The position numbers were made by a program, and so were the translations under genes. Below are positions 22,601-40,773 of a DNA stretch of 40,773 bases, one piece after another; positions within the stretch are counted from its first letter, which is position 1, and each line of letters opens with the position of its first letter. The notes under the pieces were generated by a model. It did not search any database, was not told where the DNA came from, and saw nothing but the letters and a program-made list of their open reading frames with translations. The stretch spans positions 1 through 40,773 of the forward strand of contig JAWQFM010000011.1 of assembly GCA_033442325.1 (NCBI GenBank). Reading direction: 5' to 3'. Origin of the DNA: Salpingoeca rosetta (lineage: Eukaryota > Protista > Choanoflagellata).

Positions 22601-25600
22601 GGCATTCCAGCCGCCTGCACAGCCTGATGAGTGCCAAGATAGCACGTTTTGGTGGGCTGTTTCACAAAACACATGCTGGCGTGCAGTCGGTTGACGTTGG
22701 CTGCCGCGCTCGAAATCTGCTGCCTTTGGCATCCCGCCTTTCTTCACCTTCACCTTCCCCTTCGTTTTGGCTGCCTTCGACGGCGATGCTTGCGCAGCTT
22801 CGGTAGGTTGGTTGAATGGCGTCGAGACCTCCTTGCAGTTGTGCAGCACCCGCAACAAGGCTTGTGTGACACGCACGCGATGTTGTGCATCGGGTAGAGG
22901 CGTGCTGTCTCCAGCGGCATAGATGAGCTGAAACGTGTGGCGCAGAATCTCGTCGCTCTCATCATAGATGTGAACGTACGGCAGCCCATGAAGAACACGC
23001 GTCAGCCCCGCAACGCTCTTCTCAACAAACCGCTGCTGATCTTCATCACCACGTGAGATTTGGCGGCCAGTGCTTCCAGTACCTCCCGAGCGCTCTGAGC
23101 TGCCTCCCGGGTAGACATCGTTGAAAGCCCGTGTTGCAGCGCTCGGACACAGCTGCAGCTCGTCCTTCTTCAACTGCAGGGAAAGGTATGCGGACGGTGT
23201 CGTGACGACGGCAAACGGTTCTGTTCGCGCCGCAGTTTCCAGCACGCTGCACAGCACGCCCAGGTTCTCCGGTGTCACTTGCATGTGTCGATGGAACGGC
23301 AGTCGCAGCAAGCGGTATGAGATGGCGCCGGCACACAGGTAGCGATGCAGGTCCTCAAACGCTTGGTGCTCAAGCTGCGGCAGGAAGAACACGCGGGGCA
23401 CGTGTCCAGCGCTGTCAGCGGACCTGGTCTGCCGATTTTGAAGCGACTGGTGCAGCAGCAGCATGGGAACGATGACCCTTGTCTTGCCCTCGCCCATGTT
23501 AAGTTGCATGATGACGCCCTTGTTGCGCTTGCTACCGTCCATCATCTCCTTTGCGACGCGGTACTGTTTGGGGCGAATCTGGATCCCGCCGTCCACCTCA
23601 AATGCCAGCCAGTACGGATGTGCCTTTGCGTCCCAAGTGCGTTTGCATCGTAGCTCCTGCACCAGCAGTGTCTCAATACCTTTCTTCTCAGTGGCGTCGA
23701 TGTCTGTGCTCAGCAGCTGCTCCAGGTAGGCGAGGATGCGCCGCAACCTGTCCTCCAGCACACACAACTGCATCCACATGACAGTGGCGGCTTTGACTTT
23801 GGAGCACTCTGATCGCGTGAGAAACGGGTTCATGTCCAACAGGAACTCCACATCGTGTTCGTGTGCGTTGGCGCACAGAACCACGAGATCCCGCATCGTC
23901 ATGAGCGGTGCAAGGTTTGCACAACGGCCGGCGTTGAACGCGCGCCACTGGTGCAAGCACTCACGCTTGTTGGCTGCCTTGGCTGAGATGCTCAGCGTGG
24001 CCCTCAGCGACTTCTCAATTCTGTGCTTCCGAGTGCACAACTTATCCAACATGCCCTTCACATCAGCCTTGATCTGGGGTGCAGGCGCCGCCAGCGTGTA
24101 CTGCTTCGACTTGGCGTGCAATTTACAGCTCTGTTCAAGGTTGCTGACATGCGTCTCTGCCATCTCCGTCGAAGGCAGCTTGCACTTGTCAAGCAGGTTC
24201 GCAGAACGACCTTTCTTCTTGCTCTTCTTCACTTTCTTTGCCTCGCAGGTAAGCTGCTTCAATGTCTCTTCATCTTGCGAGATCTCCTGCACAAGACTGT
24301 CAACTGCATGTGCCCGTCGGTCGCCAGGCTCTTCTGCCTGTAACACAACGCGGTGCTGTCGTGCACGGGGCGCGCTGTGTCCAAACACGAGGCGGGCCTC
24401 TGCGTTGCTAAGCTGCAGTCGAGGGTTCACGAGCCCTGCTTCAACTTGACTCCTGTAAGCCACCAGCAAGCGATCGTCAAATGCGACACACTCCTCTTCT
24501 TGGGGTCGGTCTTGTGTCTTCTCAGCTTCAGGAGCGTCTGGGTAAAGAAACAGCAACTGCCGACTGCGCTTCCACATCAGATGGCAAGCGATGGCGAGGC
24601 CTGGTGCGAGTGGCGCCAGGTGCATGACGTTTCCCAGTGTTTCTTTCTCGTCCTCGTTCAGGGGTCGGTCCACAACGCTCCGCCGCACAAGCGACATGGC
24701 GTTCTCAAAGCCCGTCATGCTCTGCCGTGGTTCCGGCATGAGCGTGCTCGTGGCGGCGTACAGAGCAGCCAGGTGGAGGCGACCCCAGATAGTTGTGGCC
24801 TGCAGCTGCTTGAATCGATGGTGCTCATCAAACGCAAAATGGTCCTGCTTGCTGTCGCATTCGTGGCTCAGGAGTGTAAGACTGGCGAACGCAGACCGCG
24901 TCCAAGGGGTGGTGCTCATTTTCTCATCTTCACTGCTTGTGTTGAAAGAATCCGCAACACCAGCATTACCCTGAGCGACAGCGTGGCCAAAGAGCATGAA
25001 CTTCACTCCGCCATCGGGGACCAGCAGCTTGTGCTTGGGATCGCTCGTGTGCACAAGCCCGCCATCCTTCGCCACTGCTTCTTCGTCCAGCTCGAGCACC
25101 AAGTACCGCACAAAGCCGCGCAGCGTGTCGTGCCACAGCTGTTGGCGGGCGAGGCGGTAGTGCTTGTAGTCACACGAGTCCAGCTCGCCGGTGTTCTTGT
25201 CCAGCTTGAACGACAGCCGGAAGCGTGGCAGCTCAAAGACGACGGCATCGTTTTGGGACGGCTGGTGAAGCACGTGAATGTACTGTCGGTCTTCAAACTT
25301 GGCCAGCGCACGAAGAATCGCCTCTGCTGTGCCTCCACCATCGTTGTTGTCGTTCGCGTCGGCATCTGGTGGTTTGCTACTGACATGCATGAGCCGATCA
25401 AAGGAAGCGCTGCCACTGCTGCCGCTGCCGCTGTTGCCACTGCTGCTGCTGACGATGCTGTTGTCACAACCCCCAGCTGAGATTCCATCAAACAGCTCGT
25501 GCCAAGGCGTCAGCCGCTTGTTGGCGGGAATGCGGAAGCACGTCCAAGGACACGTGGCAGTGTCCTCAGTCGGTTCGCTGTTTCGCACGAGAATGAAGTA

Positions 25601-28600
25601 AACAGCTTTGTCGAGGAAGAAGTGGTTGCGCAGCACCAGAACGCCTTGCGCGCGGCAGTACCAAGCCGTGTGTAGCTGTTGGAGGCAGACAGGCAGCTGA
25701 GATGTGAGATCTGCCGTGGCCGGGACAAGCTCGAGCGTCCAACGTTGCTCCTCCTTGCTCAAATGGAACTCGTCTTCTCGGACCTCCTCAACCGCTGCGA
25801 GGGCGTGATCTCGTGGGTTTTGGTGGAACACGTACAGGCGATGGTTGATGACGTCAGTTGTCTCAAACATGCTGGCGCCACTCCTCACGACGACGAAATT
25901 GCGTTCACCAAAGACACGTTTGTATATTTCGTCATTGACCATCGTCTCGGGGAGGCGTTGTGGTGGCAGCCCGTCGTACAAGACCTCCCCTGTCACCACA
26001 TTGATGGAGTAGAGGTGAGGTGCACCGTCACGCTCATATGAGGCGTGGAAGCAGGCCGTATTGTGCTCGAACTCCCAGCGCAGACCACATGGCGCTGACG
26101 TGAAAATAGCCTGCACAGCCGCTGTCAGGCAGTGGTGACCACCATCAGTGATGTCGCTGATGGCGGGTTCGCTGGTGGCGGGTTCCACCAGATGCCTGAA
26201 GATGGAGCCGAGCCGGCGGGCTGTCACGTTCAGGCATGCCTCCCACAGCCGGGCCTCCTCAAGCTCAAGTTGCTCCACGCTGGCGCCGAGTTTGCTCTGG
26301 CCTGGTGACTGCGAAGACTCTCCGCCTTTGTGTGTTGGTCGGGCAGCCTTGATCAGGACGATGAGCTTACACATGGTTTTAACATCCTCTTGCGTCAGGT
26401 GCCCGCCGGCGTAGCACAGCAGGGCCAGCTGCAGCATGAGACAACGACGGACGCCCATGTCGCGCAGCTGCAACTTCTCTTCCGCTCGTTCCTGTTCGGT
26501 TACAGCTGCGCCTGCTTGGCGTATGTTTTCCATCTTCACTCGCAGCTGCTCTGCCCATCTTGTTGCAGCCCGAGCAAAGTGCCGGACGGTATCCATGCAC
26601 GTTGCACTGTCGCTGCTTGCCTGTGTTTCGCACCCATCGTCAGTGTCGTAGCTGGCCACAAAAGCTGCCAGCTCCCCAAGCAGCCTCAGCTCCTTGAACC
26701 GCCGTGGCGACAGCTCAATACTCTCAGCGTATGCCTGAAGCTTGGCCGCCAGCACGTCGCGCAGATCTCCAACGAAGAAGTCACGCTTCCACGTGAGGCA
26801 CATGCCACTGTGGCCCTCGCTTGCCACATCGCTGCGTTCAATACCGCCCACCTCATACATCAGCTGGCGCACCACATGCTGCACCAGCACATCATCAAGC
26901 GACAGCCTGTTCTCGGTCAGGGCGATGCAGAGCTGGCGCAGTTGCTGTCGTGGGAACGCACGCAGGCCGCCCAACTGCAAGAACGCCTGGTGCGACATGG
27001 TTGACGGCTTGTCGATGTGGCTGCGGTTGAGTGCATTGTAGCCGCGACTCGAAGACCGGCAGGCGTGAGGATCACGTTTTAGGTCGGTTGTTGTTGACGA
27101 ATCCAGCTGAAGCAGCCACTGTCGCTTGCTGAGTTTGGTCATGGCCTTGATGCTGTGATAGGTGAACCGCTTCATCAGCTCTTCTGGCTCTGCTGCGTTG
27201 ACACACGTATTCTGACTGAGCGTGATGCCGTCCACGTGGACCAGCCCCTTGCAGTCATATGCGCCACTGCGATCAGATGTGTGTGGATAGCTGCGGACGG
27301 TGCCAGGTGCTTGACCACGGTCACTGAGCGTCTCGAACTCCTCCTTGCCTCTCCAGCCGTAAGTCAGGTGAATCTGCAATGGTCCAAACGTGACCCTGGG
27401 TGGTGTCGCATCTGGCGTTGTTGAGTGCTTTCGGCGCTTGTACGAATTGAAGTAGGAATGGTACTCCTCAAGTTGAGGCAGGCGCTTCTTGATTGCCGGT
27501 GAAACAAGATCTGCTTTTTTTGGTGACAGCTGCTGGAGGGCGTTGATGATTGTGCCGAACAGCAGGTGCAGGCACTTTGGCATAAAGTTGAAGAAGAGGG
27601 CCTTCCGTGCGTCGGCTTCGTTACGAGGAAGGGCGAAGCAAATGGCGTCAGGCGGCTTCAACGCGCCCTTCAACTCGCTCTCCCGCCGTTGCTTCTGAAA
27701 TTCCTTCTGACTCTTTGTTTCCTTCCATCCCTGATACTCATCGTCGTTCCGCAGATCGGAGCGGTAGCGGGTCGTGTATTCCCTGCCGGACATCTGCCTC
27801 TGCAGCCTATCAATCTCTGACGTGAGCTCTGCGATCTCTCGGTCCAAGCGAGCCACCTCGGCTTTCTTGGCATCCACCTTTTCCCCATACTCCTGTCTCA
27901 GGGCAAGCTCTTTCTCGTGCTCTTGCTGCCAGATCTTGTCAATAGACAGGGGTGTTCCGTGCAAAGGGCTGCCTTTCTGGCCATACTCGTCGCAAAACCT
28001 CCCGGCCAGAGCCTCGGTGCCGCGGAACTTATCCAAATGCGTGAAAAGGAGGTGCTGTGAACGAGCACCACGCGTGTTTGTGACGTCAGCATGCCGATCC
28101 AAAAACGCAGAGAGGGTGAGGAGGGCGTCCACAGCTCGTCGCTCCGTGAGCACGAGAAACTGCAGCTGGCGGCGATCGAGAGGCAAGCGAAAATCTTCAA
28201 GCATCTTGAGCTCGGGCATGGCGGCGTCGGCTATGCGGTACACCAGGCAAGGCAGGGCCCAGCTGAGGAGCACGCGAAGGCTGTCGAGCTCCGTCAGCAG
28301 CCGTGGCGTCGCCATCTTCGCTCGGGACTTGAGTTTGGAGATCCGGTCTGAGACGCTGGTGGAGATGGAGAGATACCTCTGTACGATCTCTGCAAGGCGC
28401 GTGGCGTGCTTACTGTTCAAGTTGCATGGTGCGGAAGGCGACACATCGACGTCGTTGCCTGGAGGCGTGAGATACGCCTCGATAAGCTCGAAGAACAGGT
28501 ACTCCGTTTCCGCCAGTGCTGAGAGAAAATGTGCCATGTTGTGCTCGCTTGGCGTGTCGGGCATAGAAGGCAGCCAATGGTGTAGTTCCTGCACTCTGTG

Positions 28601-30016
28601 CTGCAGTGGCTGTGCTTGCTGGTGGTCCATCAACGGTGGCAAGGAGAAGCTGTTGATGTTGTTGTTTGCTTGCTGTCGCAATTCTTGCAGCGAGGGCGGC
28701 TCTGTATTGCGGTTGGGAATGGGTGCGGGTGTATCCAACTGCGGGTGTGCGAGCGCCTGCTTGCAGTCACGCCATCGCTTGGCGGATGTGCGAGTGGCGT
28801 CAGTCCTTGTTGTTGGTGCTGGCAGGCGCCACTGACGGGCGTTTGCCTCCCATTGATCGTTGACAAACGTGGTGAACTTGTTCATGGTCTCGTCGTGTGT
28901 CGTGAGCAGGCAGTCAATGCTGTCGCGGTAGCTGGGTGTGTGCTGCATGGCTGCCTGGTTTGTAGCGAGCGCGGATCCTTTCTGCGCAACTGTCTGGGCC
29001 AGCTCAAACACCGTGTTGACGACGTCAGGATGAAGCGCTGGCGGGGGCGCTATGGGTGCAGTGCTGAGCTTTGGCTGCTTCATATCGTCTGAGGCCACGC
29101 ACGCGTTGACGAGCTGCTGCAAGCACCAGAGGTGGACGAACGCGTCAAACCGATCTGCAATGTGCTCTGCAGCGTCCGCTGGTGGCGGCGGGGATGGGCG
29201 AGTGGTGCAGCAGTCAGCATCCACCAGCGTTGGGCTGACGATGAAGTGGCGAATGAGAGCCAGCACGAGCGGCCAGCTTGTGGCAGGGCGCGAGCAGCCC
29301 GTGTGGTGGCCAACGTCCGTGAACCCGCCGTGGTCCACCCCAGCATTAAAGCTGCGCTCATCATGGCTGTTGACAACTGAGTGGAGGACAGCATGCACAA
29401 AGCCCGGGGTGCGGTGGTGCTTTTTCACGTCGCCCCTTCTGGGCACTTGGCGCTTGTTCTCTTTGGCAGCAGCCTCTTCCAACGCCTTGTGGAACGTCCC
29501 CATCACAGCTGGCAGAGAACTTGTTGGCACGTCGCCAGCGTCGAGTACGCGCGGCATGCCTTGTGGGCAAGACTTGAACGTGACGTTGCCGCTGTTGCGC
29601 TGCGTGTGCGTGTAAAACTCGTAACCGTCTGCGGCCAGGACTTGGAGTGTTGTGGTTTTTTCGGCGTGGAAGCCGATGGAGTTGGTTTGCAGCAAGGCAC
29701 AGCCATACTTGGGGAGCCAGCACACAGCCACAGCGGGCCTGTCATCGCCACTGCCACAAACGGCGTTGAATGCCCGCTCCACCTGTGCCACTTCTTCCTT
29801 CGTGAAAGCCAGTTGTTTGCCTGTTGGTTGCTCCTGGCTTCCAGTGGCTTCTTCTGTGCACGGCAGAACTTCAGGCACGATGCGCTTCTGGAGTGTTTCC
29901 AGCAGCGAAGCTGGGTCGTCTTGGTCTGTCAGGGGCGCACTAGCTGAGGTCTCCACCGTGCGTGCAAAGAAACCTTGCAGGTCCTCTGGAAGGCCAGACA
30001 CCCACGTCTGCGCCAT
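19643..30016 (-). CDS. Giant DUF3638/DUF3645-family protein (~3457 aa) with SF2/SecA-like P-loop ATPase core; intronless CDS
   Basis: Uninterrupted ORF with the first ATG at 30016 (MAQTWVSG) and stop at 19643. Family-typical motifs: YSINVVTGEVLYDGLPPQRLP, FELPRFRLSF, LYAATSTLMPEP..TG.E.A, HPYWLAFEVDGGIQIRPKQ, IMQLNMGEGKTRVIVPML (DUF3638), YDESDEIL, RVAVPFRANDTPSERAEF (DUF3645), GFSGTND, IIDAGALL, RGADLKL, QAAGRLRQLG, QECERELE. A coiled coil lies at ~27780-27900. Confidence 0.92.
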   Translation of the reverse strand: MAQTWVSGLPEDLQGFFARTVETSASAPLTDQDDPASLLETLQKRIVPEVLPCTEEATGSQEQPTGKQLAFTKEEVAQVERAFNAVCGSGDDRPAVAVCWLPKYGCALLQTNSIGFHAEKTTTLQVLAADGYEFYTHTQRNSGNVTFKSCPQGMPRVLDAGDVPTSSLPAVMGTFHKALEEAAAKENKRQVPRRGDVKKHHRTPGFVHAVLHSVVNSHDERSFNAGVDHGGFTDVGHHTGCSRPATSWPLVLALIRHFIVSPTLVDADCCTTRPSPPPPADAAEHIADRFDAFVHLWCLQQLVNACVASDDMKQPKLSTAPIAPPPALHPDVVNTVFELAQTVAQKGSALATNQAAMQHTPSYRDSIDCLLTTHDETMNKFTTFVNDQWEANARQWRLPAPTTRTDATRTSAKRWRDCKQALAHPQLDTPAPIPNRNTEPPSLQELRQQANNNINSFSLPPLMDHQQAQPLQHRVQELHHWLPSMPDTPSEHNMAHFLSALAETEYLFFELIEAYLTPPGNDVDVSPSAPCNLNSKHATRLAEIVQRYLSISTSVSDRISKLKSRAKMATPRLLTELDSLRVLLSWALPCLVYRIADAAMPELKMLEDFRLPLDRRQLQFLVLTERRAVDALLTLSAFLDRHADVTNTRGARSQHLLFTHLDKFRGTEALAGRFCDEYGQKGSPLHGTPLSIDKIWQQEHEKELALRQEYGEKVDAKKAEVARLDREIAELTSEIDRLQRQMSGREYTTRYRSDLRNDDEYQGWKETKSQKEFQKQRRESELKGALKPPDAICFALPRNEADARKALFFNFMPKCLHLLFGTIINALQQLSPKKADLVSPAIKKRLPQLEEYHSYFNSYKRRKHSTTPDATPPRVTFGPLQIHLTYGWRGKEEFETLSDRGQAPGTVRSYPHTSDRSGAYDCKGLVHVDGITLSQNTCVNAAEPEELMKRFTYHSIKAMTKLSKRQWLLQLDSSTTTDLKRDPHACRSSSRGYNALNRSHIDKPSTMSHQAFLQLGGLRAFPRQQLRQLCIALTENRLSLDDVLVQHVVRQLMYEVGGIERSDVASEGHSGMCLTWKRDFFVGDLRDVLAAKLQAYAESIELSPRRFKELRLLGELAAFVASYDTDDGCETQASSDSATCMDTVRHFARAATRWAEQLRVKMENIRQAGAAVTEQERAEEKLQLRDMGVRRCLMLQLALLCYAGGHLTQEDVKTMCKLIVLIKAARPTHKGGESSQSPGQSKLGASVEQLELEEARLWEACLNVTARRLGSIFRHLVEPATSEPAISDITDGGHHCLTAAVQAIFTSAPCGLRWEFEHNTACFHASYERDGAPHLYSINVVTGEVLYDGLPPQRLPETMVNDEIYKRVFGERNFVVVRSGASMFETTDVINHRLYVFHQNPRDHALAAVEEVREDEFHLSKEEQRWTLELVPATADLTSQLPVCLQQLHTAWYCRAQGVLVLRNHFFLDKAVYFILVRNSEPTEDTATCPWTCFRIPANKRLTPWHELFDGISAGGCDNSIVSSSSGNSGSGSSGSASFDRLMHVSSKPPDADANDNNDGGGTAEAILRALAKFEDRQYIHVLHQPSQNDAVVFELPRFRLSFKLDKNTGELDSCDYKHYRLARQQLWHDTLRGFVRYLVLELDEEAVAKDGGLVHTSDPKHKLLVPDGGVKFMLFGHAVAQGNAGVADSFNTSSEDEKMSTTPWTRSAFASLTLLSHECDSKQDHFAFDEHHRFKQLQATTIWGRLHLAALYAATSTLMPEPRQSMTGFENAMSLVRRSVVDRPLNEDEKETLGNVMHLAPLAPGLAIACHLMWKRSRQLLFLYPDAPEAEKTQDRPQEEECVAFDDRLLVAYRSQVEAGLVNPRLQLSNAEARLVFGHSAPRARQHRVVLQAEEPGDRRAHAVDSLVQEISQDEETLKQLTCEAKKVKKSKKKGRSANLLDKCKLPSTEMAETHVSNLEQSCKLHAKSKQYTLAAPAPQIKADVKGMLDKLCTRKHRIEKSLRATLSISAKAANKRECLHQWRAFNAGRCANLAPLMTMRDLVVLCANAHEHDVEFLLDMNPFLTRSECSKVKAATVMWMQLCVLEDRLRRILAYLEQLLSTDIDATEKKGIETLLVQELRCKRTWDAKAHPYWLAFEVDGGIQIRPKQYRVAKEMMDGSKRNKGVIMQLNMGEGKTRVIVPMLLLHQSLQNRQTRSADSAGHVPRVFFLPQLEHQAFEDLHRYLCAGAISYRLLRLPFHRHMQVTPENLGVLCSVLETAARTEPFAVVTTPSAYLSLQLKKDELQLCPSAATRAFNDVYPGGSSERSGGTGSTGRQISRGDEDQQRFVEKSVAGLTRVLHGLPYVHIYDESDEILRHTFQLIYAAGDSTPLPDAQHRVRVTQALLRVLHNCKEVSTPFNQPTEAAQASPSKAAKTKGKVKVKKGGMPKAADFERGSQRQPTARQHVFCETAHQNVLSWHSSGCAGGWNALQLISGKSLTKALPVMHKEVVRRLLDNPPEELDWMRELTHHERACVIAFATTAEMGWEQFLARFSQPPKPKQKRQGRPDEASGTSSNVKKTFAMAAQRQHHAPKLHGRTPSESREALVPDDATDADTTEVPTDDTRQEWIQHHKLDILALRGLLSTGKLFATLQKRHRVHFGIAERRNKRVAVPFRANDTPSERAEFVDIETNVCLTHISFLQRGLQEHELREAVKKLLELPQPQRELHYNRWFAGSKSKMEEEDAKHAKHARNTKHAEDAKDAENATYSKHVQLLDRESKLDLSSAEQWQLLRKYYSGNMETVFFWVNAVVMQEDMRQYPSRLTKTPWSITDTDREWPAHDSPPSDRVHRQCGFSGTNDNNMLLPSHVAPLDLSHSTSLDEHLREVAATNGKMVSCLLSDVVGIEVVSGNPDVDMWEAVLDQALELKVDAIIDAGALLAGVNNNHVVDKLLEKLQEKQLQGTAVPTAVAYSERGDQEGVAWYLKSCHGEKWPRASAPIRERDALVLFDQHQCRGADLKLKQTATAALTISPGLSKDALMQAAGRLRQLGRGQKIVLLLSKQAEQLVRESQLGAQGNASSGAAKKGSSQSIETAHVLQWIVSNTIAASQNHLTLWAAQGTAFGATKRVPNLTKQPEKLGLEVLYECARIAEPTAKLMQKLRADIVGDAATETVADEGSDPIFTQILDLCEVFGVREVEAGAADQECERELERVREQEQEKQSEKPQAISTIEEPWKFECVLRQPDPSVHVLGFLTLQSILDERLQTIAWADVGVPIYCTCNYARPSVRSAWYRRLDGDEAPLPPELLPVDMLLVYPNKRGVVILTQYDAEHLVRIYQAEELWGAVDPKVGASARHKRHYTEVPALIHLSQLQMSENEAVPGVLSLNIQTEPADRERYALPIAAVAALRLLNGDTQFNGIDGKPHEGMKKEVDEILLPTAESRKHALLLPQLHQLSHTIDQSELERICKRMPRTAE

Positions 30017-30134
30017 GCTGGAGGAATGGCTTTTGGACACAGACGGAGGAAGTGGTGGTGGTGGTGGTGGTGGTGGTGGTGGTGGTGGTGGGTAAAGCTG
30101 GAGTGAGAACAGTTGTCTCAAAACGAACACGTTG

Positions 30135-30231
<97 letters not shown>

Positions 30232-30455
30232 AAGCGGTACCAAAGTGCTGGAAACTCACGGGAGCACGGCAGTCGAAGGGTTTCACGCTGCCTGCTCTGT
30301 GTTGATGGACGCACAGGTTGGGATTCAGTCGAGTTGGGGAGATGCAGTAGCGAATGCGATCAAACCCCGAGTGCGTGTTCTGCATGCAGCAGCCAGAAGA
30401 GAGGCAACAATAAGAGTCGAATGTGAGCAGTGAATGGGTGTAGGGGTGTGTGTAG

Positions 30456-30515
<60 letters not shown>

Positions 30516-30666
30516 GTGTGTGTGTGTGCATTTCGAGGCTGGGAGGAAAACCACAATACTATGATAGCTGCCACCCATCAGCTTACCTCCTTTCAGAGAG
30601 CTGCGATGGTCTGCTCGCAGACGTGGCTACGTGGAGAAGGGGAGATCGCTCGATCGGGAGGCAGGG
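30017..30666 (-). other. Putative spliced 5' UTR of the DUF3638 gene (introns 30098-30259 and 30380-30586)
   Basis: Minus strand: GAG|GTAAGC donor at 30587/30586, ATGCAG| acceptor at 30380, CCC|GTGAGT donor at 30260/30259, CTCCAG| acceptor at 30098. Both introns contain (CA)n. The spliced upstream frame has an in-frame TGA and no ATG before 30016. The 5' end is approximate. Confidence 0.5.
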
Positions 30667-31011
30667 AGGGACCTGTGTTCTGTTGCTGGTGATGCGTGTG
30701 GGTGTGTGGGTGTAAATGTGCCGCACTGACAGTGGAGGAGACAAAAGATCAACCAAAGGGCACAAAGAGGAGACAAAGGGAAGAACAAAGGGAACAAAGG
30801 GAACTGGAGCTGACACTCTGTCTACCAGTGGAACTGACATGACACGTGGCACACACAACAGAAAGAGAGGCAGAACAACGATCGCACGAGAGAACAACAA
30901 AGGTTTGTCGCACTGACAGGAAGTCGAGGCGGAAGTGTGACGGGACAAGTGCTCCAGAACCAATTTGCGGACAGCTGTTAAAACTGCATCGAATCTCGAA
31001 GCACATAAAAA

Positions 31012-31017
31012 TTTATT
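31012..31017 (-). promoter_or_regulatory. Possible polyadenylation signal for KATNIP
   Basis: AATAAA on the minus strand ~160 nt after the KATNIP stop, in a locally AT-rich patch. Confidence 0.3.
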
Positions 31018-31036
31018 TACAGGTTCCCCACTGCTT

Positions 31037-31084
<48 letters not shown>

Positions 31085-31176
31085 GCACACACACACACAC
31101 ACGAACACGAGCTTGCTGAGGTTTATGTTGTTACACACGCACACACACACACACAACACAGCACAACACAGCACGC

Positions 31177-40520
<9,344 letters not shown>

Positions 40521-40632
40521 TGGTGGTTGACATTGACCAAGGGCGCTCCTGCCCACACGCATTGACGCAGGTGGCAGACAGCAGGCAGTGGTAGCGAGAT
40601 GAGTGAGGTGACAGGGCAAACCAACGCCAGCA

Positions 40633-40642
40633 ACACACACAC

Positions 40643-40702
<60 letters not shown>

Positions 40703-40707
40703 CACAC

Positions 40708-40773
<66 letters not shown>
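40633..40773. repeat. (CA)n microsatellite running off the window end
   Basis: Directly visible. Confidence 0.95.

Noticed and set aside
19643-30016. Deubiquitinase call sometimes attached to DUF3638 proteins
   Set aside because: I could not identify an OTU or USP catalytic motif in the translation; only the ATPase motifs are supported.
19703-30095. Many + strand and alternate-frame ORFs overlapping the giant CDS
   Set aside because: These are antisense shadows of a GC-rich coding sequence with no independent motifs.
30017-30130. ORF-track start of the giant protein at 30130 (3495 aa)
   Set aside because: It is a GTG inside a probable intron, upstream of the acceptor at 30098. The first ATG is at 30016.

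Overview
Eukaryotic, intron-rich DNA saturated with (CA)n/(TG)n microsatellites. The style and gene content suggest a choanoflagellate such as Salpingoeca (inference, not proven). The right half holds two intact minus-strand genes. One is a 16-exon KATNIP/KIAA0556 (DUF4457) ciliary gene with a 50-Gln tract (31177-40520). The other is a 10.4-kb intronless CDS for a ~3457-aa DUF3638/DUF3645-family protein (19643-30016) whose ATPase motifs line up in order with those of SecA. The region ~10.1-19.0 kb is a mosaic of four unrelated, frameshifted gene remnants: an EXT/exostosin GT47 with a 701-bp tandem duplication, a 'WxGGVLAxNGLIYGIP' repeat protein, a WSC+GH3 glycosidase, and a Cys-rich TNFR/furin-like protein with an SEA-like segment. 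The first ~10 kb is low-complexity with no recognisable gene; its first 1.6 kb has a cluster of 12-bp palindromes and a ~63-bp minisatellite. Most ORFs in the supplied track are microsatellite or antisense artefacts. All family assignments come from motif recognition by eye, not database searches.
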